Under the pieces are notes generated by a model that searched no databases, was not told the DNA's origin, and saw nothing but the letters and a program-made list of their open reading frames with translations. Positions 63,956-64,000 of a DNA stretch of 64,000 bases are shown one piece after another. Each line of letters begins with the position of its first letter. Positions within the stretch are counted from its first letter, which is position 1. The position numbers and the translations under genes were made by a program. This DNA is from a virus. The DNA lies in IMG/VR virus record IMGVR_UViG_3300026522_000001, positions 54,806 to 118,805 of that record; one strand, given 5' to 3'.

Positions 63956-64000
63956 TTATGACATTAACATTTTAGTTAATGATGCAATAGATATATTATT

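Noticed and set aside
1-64000. Genome-wide TGA=Trp (code 4) recoding
   Set aside because: TGA terminates several well-supported genes (for example 1648-3204, 7007-7690 and 13255-13488) with the next gene starting immediately. Only one suspicious in-frame TGA was seen, at 12822.
1-64000. Temperate lifestyle or integration module
   Set aside because: There is no integrase, repressor/Cro pair or excisionase-like ORF in the window. The tRNA fragment alone is insufficient evidence.

Overview
This window is an AT-rich (roughly 30% GC by eye) segment of a large dsDNA phage. Expression signals are Firmicutes/Fusobacteria-like: many TTGACA-17-TATAAT promoters, AGGAGG ribosome-binding sites and hairpin/T-run terminators.

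Layout:
- 1-3800, minus strand: 5' part of a small-terminase gene, a cluster of 4 tRNAs (one interrupted by a group I intron), a DUF2828/vWA gene, tRNA-Leu, and a promoter-driven structured RNA.
- 4100-4700: inverted repeat plus a pure A/T tract at a divergent junction.
- 4.7-13.5 kb, plus strand: small-gene block with an RHH protein, a metallophosphoesterase, PhoH, an MmcB-like nuclease and a RemA-like protein.
- 13.8-19.5 kb: methyltransferase, a GC-rich two-gene island, and about 1.4 kb of repeat-dense non-coding DNA.
- 19.5-60 kb, minus strand: replication, recombination and nucleotide-metabolism module. It holds clamp loader, clamp, RecA-like, RecU-like and Cas4-like proteins, PolA, RNA ligase, SSB, primase, DnaB, DnaC-like loader, ThyX, NrdG/NrdD, dUTPase and dCMP deaminase.
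- 60-64 kb: two tandem tnpB genes.

Main points:
1. Self-splicing-intron load is very high. I place five group I introns at nucleotide-level junctions (tRNA anticodon loop, polA motif B, three in nrdD), plus intron-like sequence wrapped around tnpB.
2. A TnpB-associated RNA family is present. It comprises two tnpB genes with 3' omega-RNA-like scaffolds and two orphan 120-nt copies of the tnpB-2 scaffold, each with its own promoter. There are also further copies of a co-varying terminal hairpin.
3. There is a ~1.2-kb ORF-free promoter-to-terminator unit with long G.U-rich hairpins.
4. There is a 1.4-kb repeat field built from palindromic CTATATAG and TATAATTGT boxes.

All functional calls come from motifs I recognise in the translations. 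No database search or folding program was run. Splice sites, RNA ends and promoters are predictions.
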